DNA of 64,000 bases from NCBI GenBank assembly GCA_965116635.1, contig OZ220710.1, positions 3,850,109 through 3,914,108 on the forward strand, read 5' to 3'. Made by a program: the position numbers and the translations under genes. Of this stretch, positions 51,688 to 61,551 are shown piece by piece (position 1 is the stretch's first letter; each line of letters opens with the position of its first letter). The notes under the pieces are model-generated. The model saw only the letters and a program-made list of their open reading frames with translations. It was not told where the DNA came from and did not search any database. This stretch comes from Thermodesulfobacteriota bacterium (GTDB lineage: Bacteria > Desulfobacterota > Binatia > UBA9968 > JAJDTQ01).

Positions 51688-53127
51688 CTATCCGGGCGGA
51701 ATCTTCTGCAGCAGTTTGTCATCCTGGTAGAGCTCGTACCCCTTGATCAAGAGCTCATAGCCCCGGCCCGGATGATCGCTCAGATCGAGCAGCTCGAGAT
51801 CCAGGATCACCACGGTGGTCACGGCGGGTTTGAGCTCGAAATCGAGGCGGATGGGCCCGACGGCATTCTTGACCCGGTCCGCAACCCCGGTCTTCCGGAG
51901 AATCCCCCGGATTCCGGTGATCTGAAGGTCCACGGCCGCGAACCGTTGCGGCCGGAGCGTGCCCCGGTACACCGTCGCCGAGGAGGTTCCGTCCTTGTAC
52001 CGGGTCAGGTCCATGCGGTCGATCCGCGGCACCAGCTCCAGCCACCCGGGATCGGAGGATCTCAGGCGCGGGCTCGGCGCCAGCCGCAGTTTTCCGAGGC
52101 TCAGGTCGACGCTCTTGAAATCGTCGATGGCGTCCCGGTGGTCCTTGACCCGGACCTCCAGGGTGCCTTCCGGCTGAGCCCGGGCCTCGCGGCCGGCGTC
52201 GGGAAACCGCTCGCTCGGATAGAACTGATAGGTGACATGGAACGCCTTGTTCTCGCGCGGCACGTCCCAATTCACCCGGAACACCAGCGGCAGCTCCTTT
52301 TCCTGGCCGGGTTTCAGGGTTTCCCGCAGAAAGCAGAAGCACTGTATGACGTCGAGATACTTGGCGGCCGCTTCTTTCGGCGTGTCCACATGGCGCGCCT
52401 TGCCGGTAACGGACCGGTCGGAGAGGTTCCGGGCGCGGTAGGCGGCGTGCAGGGTCTCCCCGGGCCGGGCCAGCACCATCTCCTGGAGCGGTTCGAAGGC
52501 CCAGGGCAGCCCCTCCCTGACCTCGGCATGGAAGAATACCTTGACGGCGTCGCCCCAGTTCAGGAACACGGTCCAGCGGCCGTCCTCCCTGAGAAGCTCC
52601 AAGGACTCTTCCCCGGTGATGACCGGCAGGCGGCCGGTGCGGCTCATCTCGTCGATGGAAGCGACGATTTCCTGACGCCTCTCCGGCGTGAACCGGTTCA
52701 GCAGGTCGGGGTCGAAACCCGCGAAAAGCTCCTGCAGCTCGGCCGAGTTGGCGTCGGGAAGGCTGATGGGGAAACGGACGGTGGTACTGTCGCCCTGGAC
52801 CTCGGCCGAGAGCGGACCCACCTCGATCCGTTCGGCGAGACGCCGGGTCAGCTCCGCGGCGGCGCCCGTGAGCGAGGGATTCTCCCTCAGATACTCGGCT
52901 TCGCTCTTGGCCGCGCGGTCCCGTTGCGAGATGTATTGGTAGGCCTCGGCATAATCCTGGGCGTACACGGCCTTGAGGTAGCGTGAGACCAGATCGTGGC
53001 CCCGTTCCAGGTCCTCTTCGCCGGTGATGGCGCCGGCGGCACCGGCCCAAAGCGCAACGGCGATTGCGGCCGCGGCCCACCAACCCACCCGGGTTGGAAG
53101 ACGCTTTTTGCTGTTCAAAGGATTCAT
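51688..53127 (-). CDS. Multidomain protein with central CtaG/Cox11 copper-chaperone domain
   Basis: LPWAFEP..RPGE..KYLDVIQCFCF..LKPGQEKELPLVF..VTYQF; extra N- and C-terminal domains. Confidence 0.75.
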   Translation of the reverse strand: MNPLNSKKRLPTRVGWWAAAAIAVALWAGAAGAITGEEDLERGHDLVSRYLKAVYAQDYAEAYQYISQRDRAAKSEAEYLRENPSLTGAAAELTRRLAERIEVGPLSAEVQGDSTTVRFPISLPDANSAELQELFAGFDPDLLNRFTPERRQEIVASIDEMSRTGRLPVITGEESLELLREDGRWTVFLNWGDAVKVFFHAEVREGLPWAFEPLQEMVLARPGETLHAAYRARNLSDRSVTGKARHVDTPKEAAAKYLDVIQCFCFLRETLKPGQEKELPLVFRVNWDVPRENKAFHVTYQFYPSERFPDAGREARAQPEGTLEVRVKDHRDAIDDFKSVDLSLGKLRLAPSPRLRSSDPGWLELVPRIDRMDLTRYKDGTSSATVYRGTLRPQRFAAVDLQITGIRGILRKTGVADRVKNAVGPIRLDFELKPAVTTVVILDLELLDLSDHPGRGYELLIKGYELYQDDKLLQKIPPG

Positions 53128-53246
53128 GATCGGCTCGCGGAGCAACACCTTCCAATTAAAGCACGAACGTACGACAAGTGCAGGCGGCCAGGGGCCGAAC
53201 GCCGGTACCCACGCGGTACGGCGTTGTGCCAGCGCTCTTGGAGGCA

Positions 53247-53392
53247 GCGCCCTTCGACTTCGCTACGCTACGCTCAGGGCGAACGGTTAAGGGGCCCGAA
53301 TCAAACCCGTTCTTAGAGTCAGCACCCTCCGGTTAAGGGAGCCGAATCAAACCCGTTCGCCCTGAGCGTAGCGTAGCGAAGTCGAAGGGCGC
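53247..53392. repeat. Short-variant REP inverted pair with duplicated spacer
   Basis: CGGTTAAGGG..CCGAATCAAACCCGTTC occurs twice. Confidence 0.92.
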
Positions 53393-53420
53393 TGCCTCAC
53401 CGTATTACTCTGCGACTCTC

Positions 53421-54230
53421 CTAGCGGCTCCCCCGGAGCCAGCGGCGGCCCCCTACCAGGAAAAAGACCAGCGCGAAGGTGAGGACGATCATGGCGCCCG
53501 AGGAGATGTCGATGAAGTAGCTGAGGTACATGCCCGAGGCCGCGCAAACGGCGCCGATCACCGGCGACACGATCAGGAGGGTGTGAAACCGCTGGGTCAG
53601 GTAGCGGGCGATGACCGGGGGGATAACCACGGCCGCCGACACCAGGGTGACGCCGAGGATGCGCGTGGATGCCACGATGGTGACGGCCAGCAACAGGACG
53701 AAGATCAGCTCGGTGCGGCTGGTGGAGATGCCGTAGACCGGCGCCACCTCCGGGTCGAAGGTGGAGAACAGGAGCTGGTGGCGGATGACGATCATGGCGA
53801 ACACCACCGCGGCGGAGGTCAGCGCGATGACCCAGAGATCCACCGGGGTAATTCCCAACAGGTTGCCGAACAGGGCGGCCTCGAAGTCCAGCGTGAACTT
53901 CCGGTAGGTGGAGACCACCGCCACGCCCAGGGCGAAGCTCGACGTCGTCACCACGCCGATGGCGGCATCGGCGCCCACCAGCCGGCGGTGGCTGATGAGG
54001 TGGATCAACACCGCGCTCACCAGCGCCCAGGCGCCGGCGCCGATGAAGAAGTTGACGCCCACGATGGTGCTCAGGACCGCGCCGCCAAAGAGCGCGTGGG
54101 CCAGGCCGTGGCCGATGTAGCTCATGCGCCGGAGCACGACGTAGACCCCGACGTAGCCGCACACCGCCCCCACGATGGTGGCGGCGATCATGCCGTTGCG
54201 GAAGAACTCGTAAGCGAACGGCTCCAGCAT
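53421..54230 (-). CDS. Zn/Mn ABC transporter permease (ZnuB-like)
   Basis: GVYVVLRRMSYIGHGLAHA, LFGNLLGI, FDPE. Confidence 0.9.
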   Translation of the reverse strand: MLEPFAYEFFRNGMIAATIVGAVCGYVGVYVVLRRMSYIGHGLAHALFGGAVLSTIVGVNFFIGAGAWALVSAVLIHLISHRRLVGADAAIGVVTTSSFALGVAVVSTYRKFTLDFEAALFGNLLGITPVDLWVIALTSAAVVFAMIVIRHQLLFSTFDPEVAPVYGISTSRTELIFVLLLAVTIVASTRILGVTLVSAAVVIPPVIARYLTQRFHTLLIVSPVIGAVCAASGMYLSYFIDISSGAMIVLTFALVFFLVGGRRWLRGSR

Positions 54231-55087
54231 CAGCGCCCGTTGGGGGAGTGGGGCCGTTCTCCCACCATGATCATGTCGCCGTGCTGGAGGACCACCATTT
54301 CGCCCTTGTAGGTCTCCCCCAGCACCTCGGCGGTAAAGACCGTCTGGGGGTCGCCCTCGGCGATGACGTGGCGGTTCAGGCACACCACCCACGGCAGGTG
54401 CGCGGCCACCCAGTTGAGGTCGTGGCTGGTGATGAGGATGGCGACGCCGGAGTGGTTGATCTCGTGGAGGAAATGGACCACTTCGTCCCGGGAGCGGATG
54501 TCCAGGCCGGAGGTGGGCTCGTCGAGCAGGATCAGCTCCGGCTCGCCCAGCAAGGCCCGGGCGATGAAAGCGGCCTGTTGCTGCCCGCCGGAAAGCTCCC
54601 GGATCTGGCGGTCCCGAAGCTCCAGCAGGTTGAGCCGCTCCATGATCTCGTGCGCCCGGTCGAGGTCTTCGGCGCCGGTGCCGCGGAACCAGTGGCGGTG
54701 CCGGGACAGGCCCAGCAACACCACCTCCTCCACCGTGATGGGAAAGCTCAGGTCGATCTGCTCCAGTTGCGGCACGTAACCCACCGCGCCGAGGGACGAG
54801 CCGTTGACCGTCACCCGGCCCTCACTGGGCCGGATGTGCCCCAGGATGGTGCGGAGCAGGGTCGTCTTGCCGCCGCCGTTGGGCCCCACCACGGCCAGGA
54901 ACTGGGCCGGCCAGAGCTTCAGGTTGACCTGGGCGATGCCCAGGGTCTGCCGGTAACCGCTGGAGACGCCGGCGAGCTCCACGATGGGCTGTCCCTCCTC
55001 GCTCCATTCGCGGCCTCCGGCATGCCGGTGACTGTGGAGCCGCCCGTGTACGTGGTGGACCCGGTCGGTATGTTTGTGGGAGGTCAC
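54230..55087 (-). CDS. Zn/Mn ABC transporter ATP-binding protein with His-rich N-terminus
   Basis: GPNGGGKTT, GYVPQ, LSGGQ, LLDEP; start uncertain. Confidence 0.88.
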   Translation of the reverse strand: MTSHKHTDRVHHVHGRLHSHRHAGGREWSEEGQPIVELAGVSSGYRQTLGIAQVNLKLWPAQFLAVVGPNGGGKTTLLRTILGHIRPSEGRVTVNGSSLGAVGYVPQLEQIDLSFPITVEEVVLLGLSRHRHWFRGTGAEDLDRAHEIMERLNLLELRDRQIRELSGGQQQAAFIARALLGEPELILLDEPTSGLDIRSRDEVVHFLHEINHSGVAILITSHDLNWVAAHLPWVVCLNRHVIAEGDPQTVFTAEVLGETYKGEMVVLQHGDMIMVGERPHSPNGR

Positions 55088-55117
55088 CGATCCTCCGGAT
55101 GCCGGCGGGTCCGAGCA

Positions 55118-55300
55118 CTCAAGGCGAACGGACGGAGGCCTTCCACCATTAAGGCGAATGGACGGACGCCTTCCGGCACCGTCAAGGCGAACGGACAAAG
55201 GCTTTCCGCCACGGTTAAGGCGAACGGACAGAGGCTTTCCACCACCGTTCGTCCTGAGCGTAGCGCAGCGAAGTCGAAGGACACCATTTCGAAGGACCCC
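55118..55300. repeat. Four 30-33 bp tandem repeats plus a reverse short REP (55245-55283)
   Basis: AAGGCGAA(C/T)GGAC at 55121, 55151, 55184, 55217. Confidence 0.88.
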
Positions 55301-55301
55301 T

Positions 55302-56333
55302 TCAGATCTTGTACAGCCGCTTGGGATTCTCCGACAGGATCCGGCGCTTGGAGTCGGCCGAGACGTCCTCCCGCGCGAAGAATTCCGGCAGATCGCCGAA
55401 GAACTCCGCCCGCGCCCGTTCGTGCGGATAGTCCGACGGCCAGACGAGCTTCTCGTCGCCCAGGAGCTGGATGAAGAAGGGCAGGGTCCGTTCCTCGATC
55501 TCGAAGGAGAAGTAGACGTTGGGGTCCATCAGGTACTCGCTGGGCTTGCGCTTGAGGTCGCCGGCGCCCTTGCGCTCGAACTGTTCGTCGAGCACGTCCA
55601 TCAGGTACGGCACCCAACCGCAGCCCGCCTCCAGATAGGCCACCCGGAGGTTCGGGTAGCGGTCGAACACCCCCTGGGAGATCATGCTGGTGGCATGGCT
55701 CATGAGCGGGATCACGTGCTTGAGGGCGCGGACCTCCCGGTAGGTGCGCAGCGGGTCGGCGAAGTTGTGGGCGCCCACGAAGCCGCCGTGTACGGCGATC
55801 ATGGTGTCGAGCTCGTTGGCGGCGGCGTAGATGGGGTCGAACTCCGGGTTGCCGTAAGCCATCAGGGGCGAGGAGATGGACGGCAGGATGGCGCCCACGA
55901 AGCCCAGCTCGCCGACGCAGCGGCGCAGTTCCGTCACGCACGCGCCGACGTCGTGCACCGGCAGCAGCGCCACTCCGAGGAGGCGGTCGCTCTGGCGCAT
56001 GAACTTGTCGTGGAGCCAGTCGTTGTACGCCCGCGCCAGGTCCACGGACCACTCCACCCGCCTCACCATGCCCACGGCCGCGGCGTTGCTGGGATACAGC
56101 ACGGTGGCGCTGATGCCGGCCTCGTCCAGGAAGCTCAGCCACATGGCCGCGTCCGGGACGTCCTGCTTGTGCGGGTCGACGACGCCGAACGCCCAGGAAT
56201 CCTGGGGAAACAGGGAGTAATCCCGGTTGCCGGGGATGCGCCGGAACCGCTCCGGCAGGTACTGGGCCATCTCCTTGTCCGGCTCCACCACGTGCCCGTC
56301 GCCGTCGATAATGGGGTAGTCCACGTTGATCAT
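55302..56333 (-). CDS. Amidohydrolase_2 family protein
   Basis: IIDGDGHVVE, AYNDWL, GVFDRYPNLRVAYLEAGCGW, SDYPH. Confidence 0.92.
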   Translation of the reverse strand: MINVDYPIIDGDGHVVEPDKEMAQYLPERFRRIPGNRDYSLFPQDSWAFGVVDPHKQDVPDAAMWLSFLDEAGISATVLYPSNAAAVGMVRRVEWSVDLARAYNDWLHDKFMRQSDRLLGVALLPVHDVGACVTELRRCVGELGFVGAILPSISSPLMAYGNPEFDPIYAAANELDTMIAVHGGFVGAHNFADPLRTYREVRALKHVIPLMSHATSMISQGVFDRYPNLRVAYLEAGCGWVPYLMDVLDEQFERKGAGDLKRKPSEYLMDPNVYFSFEIEERTLPFFIQLLGDEKLVWPSDYPHERARAEFFGDLPEFFAREDVSADSKRRILSENPKRLYKI

Positions 56334-56362
56334 CGGTTACTTCCTTTCATTCCGGGAAGATG

Positions 56363-56616
56363 GCGCCCTTCGACTTCGCTCCGCTGGCGCTCCGCTACGC
56401 TCAGGACGAACGGCTTGAGCGTAGCGCGGCTTCGCTCCGCTACGCCTGTCCTGAGTCTGGTCGAAGGGCTCAGGGCGAACGCCTTGAGCGGAGGTCTCGC
56501 AGCCATTGCGCTGAGTTTCCGACGAACTTACCACAGGTTTTACGAAGCAAAGTCAACCCCGTTCGCCCTGAGCGTAGCGGAGCGAAGTCGAAGGGCGCCA
56601 TCCGAAGGGCGCCATC
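56363..56616. repeat. REP cluster (56363 fwd, nested unit about 56430-56482, 56559 rev)
   Basis: Direct match to the family. Confidence 0.9.
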
Positions 56617-56623
56617 TTCTTCT

Positions 56624-57730
56624 CTACCGGTAGCTAGCGTGGTGGCCGGCCACCGGCGCAGGGTCCACGGCCTTCAGGGCCTCGGCCGAGCCCCCCAGCG
56701 CCGTGACGATGGTGCGGAGGTTGGCGAGCATCATGCCGGTGTACGAATGGTCCGGGTCGCCGGCCTCCCCGGGGAGGTCATCGTCCCGCAGGTTGTCGAC
56801 GAACGTCGTTTCCGCTTCCCGGGCGATCTGCCGGAGCACCGGGCTGGGGAACACCTCCGACCCGAACACCGCCGGCAACTGCTCCCGCTTCAACTGGTCG
56901 ATGAGCCGGGCCACCTCCCGGGGACTGGGCTCCGCGAAGCTGGAGGGCTGTACCGCGCCGATGACACGGAAGCCGTAGCGCTTGGCGAAGTAGGGCCACG
57001 AGTCGTGATAGGTGAGCAGCCGCCGGTTCCCCGGCGGCACGGTGGCCACGCTCGCGGCGATGGCCTCGTGGAGCGCCCGGAGTTGGTTCATGTAACGCTC
57101 CGTGTTGGCCGCGTACACGGGCCTGCCCCCGGGGTCCCCCTCGATCAGGGCGTCACGCACCAGGCGCGCGTAGTTCATGACGTGGACGGGGTCGGGCCAG
57201 AGGTGGGGGTTGGGATGCCCCTGGTCCTCCGGGAAGCTGAAGTCGAACAGGTAGTCCTGCTCGGCGACGGTGTGGTCGCCCAGCAGCAGCACCGGCGTAT
57301 CCGCCCGCTTGTTGGCGCGGGCCAGCTTGAGGGTGGGGATCTCCAGGTTGAGGCCATTGAGGATGATGAGGTCCGCCCGCGCCATGGTTTGGGCCACGGA
57401 CGGGGCCGGCCGGAACGTGTGGGAGTTCACGCCTTCCGGCACGATGCCGGCAACCTGGGCGCGATCCCCGGCCACGTTCTCCACGATGCTGGTGATGGGC
57501 GCCACGGTGGTGACCACACGAAGGGCCGCGGCCGAAAGCTGGGCCGGTACGGCCAGCATCAACCCGAGCAGCAGCGCCAGCGCCACGCACGTCCCCGCGC
57601 CGCGGAGGCCCTGCCACTCTGTGATCCCCGCCCCTGGATTCCCGCTTTCGCGGGAATGTCGTGGAGAGAGACCGGTATGGCGGAGAAGGCGGCGGGAAGG
57701 CCGCATTCGAGGTTCGAGTGTCAACTTCAT
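56624..57730 (-). CDS. Zn/Mn ABC transporter substrate-binding protein (ZnuA/TroA family); start uncertain
   Basis: NSHTFRP, NGLNLE, PNPHLW, TYHDSWPYFA. Confidence 0.9.
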   Translation of the reverse strand: MKLTLEPRMRPSRRLLRHTGLSPRHSRESGNPGAGITEWQGLRGAGTCVALALLLGLMLAVPAQLSAAALRVVTTVAPITSIVENVAGDRAQVAGIVPEGVNSHTFRPAPSVAQTMARADLIILNGLNLEIPTLKLARANKRADTPVLLLGDHTVAEQDYLFDFSFPEDQGHPNPHLWPDPVHVMNYARLVRDALIEGDPGGRPVYAANTERYMNQLRALHEAIAASVATVPPGNRRLLTYHDSWPYFAKRYGFRVIGAVQPSSFAEPSPREVARLIDQLKREQLPAVFGSEVFPSPVLRQIAREAETTFVDNLRDDDLPGEAGDPDHSYTGMMLANLRTIVTALGGSAEALKAVDPAPVAGHHASYR

Positions 57731-57734
57731 ATCC

Positions 57735-60700
57735 CTACCTTTCAGCCATCGGCGCCGGCTCGTTGGCGCTGACGACCTGGGTCATCACGAGGTTGGCATA
57801 GAGGCCGTTGGACCGGAGCAGATCGTCGTGGGTGCCCTGCTCGGCGATGGCGCCGGACTCCAGCACGACGATGCGGTCGGCGTCGCGGATGGTGGACAGC
57901 CGGTGGGCGATGACCAGCGTGGTGCGGCCCTGCACCAGCCGGTCCACCGCCTGGTGGATCAGCTCCTCGTTGATGGCGTCGAGATGCGAGGTGGCCTCGT
58001 CGAGGATCAGCACGGGGGCGTCCTTGAGCAACGCCCGGGCGATGGCGATGCGCTGCCGCTGGCCCCCGGAGAGCTGCACCCCGCGCTCGCCCACCACGGT
58101 GTCGTAGCCGGCCGGCAGGCGGCTGATGAAGCGGTGGATGTGGGCCAGCCCGGCGGCTTCCTCCACCTCCTCCTGGGAAGCGTCCGGCCGCCCCAGGCGG
58201 ATGTTGTCCCGCATCGTGGTGTTGAAGAGATAGGTGTCCTGGGACACCAGCGAAACCTGTGCCCGCAGGTGGTCCAGGGTGAAGTCCCGGAGGTCCCGGT
58301 CCGCCAGCCGCACGGTGCCGGCGGCCGGGTCCCAGAAACGCAGCAGCATGTGCGCGCAGGTGGTCTTGCCGGCCCCCGAGGGGCCCACCAGCGCCACGGT
58401 CTGGCCCGGCTCCACGTCGAGGCAGACGTCCCGGAGCGCCAGGCCGTTGCCGGCCTCGTAGCCGAAGTTCACGTGGTCGAAGCGGATCGCCGGCGGGGTG
58501 TGGCCGTTGGCCGCGAGCTCGCGCACGCCGGCGCCGTCCCGCACGGGCACGGGCTCGTCCTTCACCTGGAAGACGCGGCGGCCCGACTCCAGCGTCTCCA
58601 TCAGCTCCTTGACCGTGCGGGCGACGTCGGTCACCGGCCCGAAGGCCAGCAGCGCCAGCACGATGGCCAGCGGCAGCAGCGCCCGTTCCATCTCGAGCTG
58701 GCCCACCAGCCACACGCCGGTGGTCAGCACCGCCAGGGCGCCGAGGCCGGTCACCGCCTCGTTGAAGCTGGCCTGAAGCGCCTGGTCCTTGTGGAACGCG
58801 AGCTGGGTCCTGGCCAGCCGCAGGCTGTTGGCCAGGACCGCGGCCACCTGGTGCTTCTCGTGGCCGAAGGACACCACCTCCCGCATGCCCTGGATGCTGT
58901 CCACCAGGTGGGCGTTCATTTGCCCCAGCTCCCGGCGCACGGCGCCTCCCAGCCGGTCCGACCGCTTCTGGGCCAGGAACGGCGACGCCGCCAGCAGCAA
59001 CAGGAACGGCGCCAGCGCCAGCATCAGCGGCCAGGCCACCGCGCCCAGCACCATCAGAATGCCGGCCGGAATCACCACCGCGATGAAGGCCGGGGTAATG
59101 GTATGGGCGAAGAAGAGCTCCACTGTCTCCACGTCGGCGCCGGCGATGCTCACCAGGTCGCCGGAACGGCGCCGGGTCAGGTAGGCCGGAGCCAGCGGGT
59201 CCAGGGTGTTGTAGAAGTCGATGCGCATCTCCGCCAGGAGCTGGTAGGCGAGGTCGTGGGGCAGCCAGCAATCGGCCCAGGCAAGCATGGACGCGAGCCC
59301 CACCATGGACCCCAGCAGGATCAACTGGAATGCGATGTCCTCGCCGCGGATGAGCTGCCCCACCAGCAGCGCGCTGGCCGCGCCCACTCCCACCACCGAC
59401 GCCTGGAAGAGCACCCCGGCGGAGAACGATACCGCGAGCTTGCGGCGGAACGGGCGCACCAGCCCCGCCAGCCGCCGCAGCACCGTGAAGGCCGACAGCG
59501 GCGCCTGGGCGTCCACGGTTGGCGCGGTCGTCGCCTCGGCGGCTACCTCGGGCTCGGCCGCCGCGGCCGTGGCCGGGGCCTCGCGTTCCGCCAGCGCTTC
59601 GGCGTCGCCGGCCTGGGCCTGGGCGGCCATCAACCGGGCGTAGGTGCCGCCGCCCTCCAGCAACTCCCGGTGGCCGCCGGTTTCCACCACCCGGCCCCGT
59701 TCCAGCACCAGGATGCGGTCCGCGTGGATGACGCTCGACAACCGGTGCGCGATGATCAGGGTGGTGCGCCCCTCCATGAGCTTTCGCAGCGCCTCGTTGA
59801 TCACCGCCTCGCTCTGGGCGTCCACGCTCGACAGCGCCTCGTCCAGCACCAGGATCGGGGCGTCCTTGAGGATCGCCCGGGCGATGGCGATGCGCTGGCG
59901 CTCGCCGCCGGAGAGGCGCACGCCGCGCTCGCCCACGACGGTGTCGTAGCCGTCGGAGAGCCCGGCGATGAACTCGTGGATGTTGGCCGCCCGGGCCGCC
60001 GCTTCGATCTCTTGCAGGGTGGCCTCGGGTTTGGCCATGCGCAGGTTGTCGGCGATGGTGCCGTAAAAAAGGTACATGTCCTGGGCCACCACCGCGATGT
60101 GGCGGCGTAGGACCGCCAGAGGGATGGCGCGGATGTCCTGGCCGCCCAGGAGGACACGCCCCTCCTGGGGGTCGGCGAAGCGCAGCATCAGCGAGACCAG
60201 GGTGGACTTGCCGGCGCCGCTGGGGCCCACGACCCCGAGTTTCTCGCCCGCCCGAAGCTCCAGGGAAACGTCCCGCAGGGCGGGGCGGTTGCCTTCCTGG
60301 TATGCGAATCTCACGTCCTCGAACCGGACGGCGGGCTCGAAGCCGGCCCGGGCCGCTGCCTCGGCAGCCGCCGGCTCGCGCACCGTCACCGGGGTCTCCA
60401 GCAGGTCGAAGATGCCCTCGGCCGCGGCCATGGCGTTGATGCCCTGGTGGTAGAGGATCATCAGTTCCCGGATGGGGCGGAAGATCTCCGCGCCCATGAT
60501 CAGGATCACGATCAGCGAGCGCACCTCCAGCTCGCCGGCGCTGACCTTGAGGGCGCCCCAGCCCAGGGCGCAGGCGGTGCCCCCCAGGATGCCGAAGGTG
60601 GCGACGCCGACCGAGACCATGTTGACCGCCAGCACGCCCATGGTCGCGCGGTAGAGATCGCGCGCCCGGGTCGCGAGGTGCTGCCCCTGGGCGCGGCTGC

Positions 60701-61337
60701 GGCCGAAGATCTTGAGGGTGGCGATGCCCTGGATGCTGTCCAGGAAGTCGGCGCCGAAGGCGCCGTAGGAGGCCCGGCGGCGCCGGCTGCTCTCCCCGGT
60801 GAACACCAGGAACAGCGGGGTCTCGAGCAGCGTCACCAGGGCGAAGGCCACGAAGATGAGCCCGATGACGAGGTCGAAGGACGCCATCAGAAAGAAGATC
60901 AGCACCGGCGCGATGCCCGCCACCACCATCTGCGGCAGGAACTGGCCGTAGAAGACCTGGAGCCGTTCCACCCCCTCGCCCAGCGACACCAGCACGTCGC
61001 CCGTCCGCTCCTGGTTGAAGTGTCCCGGGCCCAGGTCGAGGGCGTGCCGGTAGAGCTTGTCGTGCAGCCCTTCCTTCACCCGGGCGGCGGTCTCCTGGCT
61101 CACCATGTCCCGCAGATACTGGAACAGGGCGCGCAGCGCGATGAATCCGGCGACGGCCGCAAGATAGGGAATGAGGGAGGAGAACGGCGCGCCGGTGAGG
61201 ACGCCGGCGATGATCAGCCCGGAGAAGGCCAGCCGCGAGATGCCGGCGGCCACCGCGCACAGGCCGAGCGCGGCGGCCGCGGCGATGCGCCCGCGCACGC
61301 CGCGGGTATGGGTCAGGAGTCTTCGGTCCAGGTACAT
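57735..61337 (-). CDS. Fused double ABC transporter (TMD-NBD-TMD-NBD; CydDC/IrtAB-like)
   Basis: Two GPSGAGK Walker A motifs, two LSGG signatures, two TM blocks. Confidence 0.9.
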   Translation of the reverse strand: MYLDRRLLTHTRGVRGRIAAAAALGLCAVAAGISRLAFSGLIIAGVLTGAPFSSLIPYLAAVAGFIALRALFQYLRDMVSQETAARVKEGLHDKLYRHALDLGPGHFNQERTGDVLVSLGEGVERLQVFYGQFLPQMVVAGIAPVLIFFLMASFDLVIGLIFVAFALVTLLETPLFLVFTGESSRRRRASYGAFGADFLDSIQGIATLKIFGRSRAQGQHLATRARDLYRATMGVLAVNMVSVGVATFGILGGTACALGWGALKVSAGELEVRSLIVILIMGAEIFRPIRELMILYHQGINAMAAAEGIFDLLETPVTVREPAAAEAAARAGFEPAVRFEDVRFAYQEGNRPALRDVSLELRAGEKLGVVGPSGAGKSTLVSLMLRFADPQEGRVLLGGQDIRAIPLAVLRRHIAVVAQDMYLFYGTIADNLRMAKPEATLQEIEAAARAANIHEFIAGLSDGYDTVVGERGVRLSGGERQRIAIARAILKDAPILVLDEALSSVDAQSEAVINEALRKLMEGRTTLIIAHRLSSVIHADRILVLERGRVVETGGHRELLEGGGTYARLMAAQAQAGDAEALAEREAPATAAAAEPEVAAEATTAPTVDAQAPLSAFTVLRRLAGLVRPFRRKLAVSFSAGVLFQASVVGVGAASALLVGQLIRGEDIAFQLILLGSMVGLASMLAWADCWLPHDLAYQLLAEMRIDFYNTLDPLAPAYLTRRRSGDLVSIAGADVETVELFFAHTITPAFIAVVIPAGILMVLGAVAWPLMLALAPFLLLLAASPFLAQKRSDRLGGAVRRELGQMNAHLVDSIQGMREVVSFGHEKHQVAAVLANSLRLARTQLAFHKDQALQASFNEAVTGLGALAVLTTGVWLVGQLEMERALLPLAIVLALLAFGPVTDVARTVKELMETLESGRRVFQVKDEPVPVRDGAGVRELAANGHTPPAIRFDHVNFGYEAGNGLALRDVCLDVEPGQTVALVGPSGAGKTTCAHMLLRFWDPAAGTVRLADRDLRDFTLDHLRAQVSLVSQDTYLFNTTMRDNIRLGRPDASQEEVEEAAGLAHIHRFISRLPAGYDTVVGERGVQLSGGQRQRIAIARALLKDAPVLILDEATSHLDAINEELIHQAVDRLVQGRTTLVIAHRLSTIRDADRIVVLESGAIAEQGTHDDLLRSNGLYANLVMTQVVSANEPAPMAER

Positions 61338-61447
61338 GAAGTCACCAGTCTCTCGGTTTCATCACACTAAAAGGTCAACGTCGCGAATACAAGGCAGGCA
61401 GGCCGTGAGGCCGGTGGCCGGCCTACGCGTCCGATCCACGGCCTGTT

Positions 61448-61496
61448 TTTAGGCGAAAGAAAAGTTTAGGTGAATCGAATTTTAGGTATTGCATAA
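61448..61496. promoter_or_regulatory. Three tandem TTTAGG-led motifs, putative DtxR/MntR-type operator between divergent metal genes
   Basis: TTTAGGCGAAAGAAAA, TTTAGGTGAATCGAAT, TTTAGGTATTGCATAA. Confidence 0.5.
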
Positions 61497-61551
61497 CCGG
61501 GACTAATGAAGTATGGATGCGGCAACTATCCCACCGAAGGGAGACCGTGCA

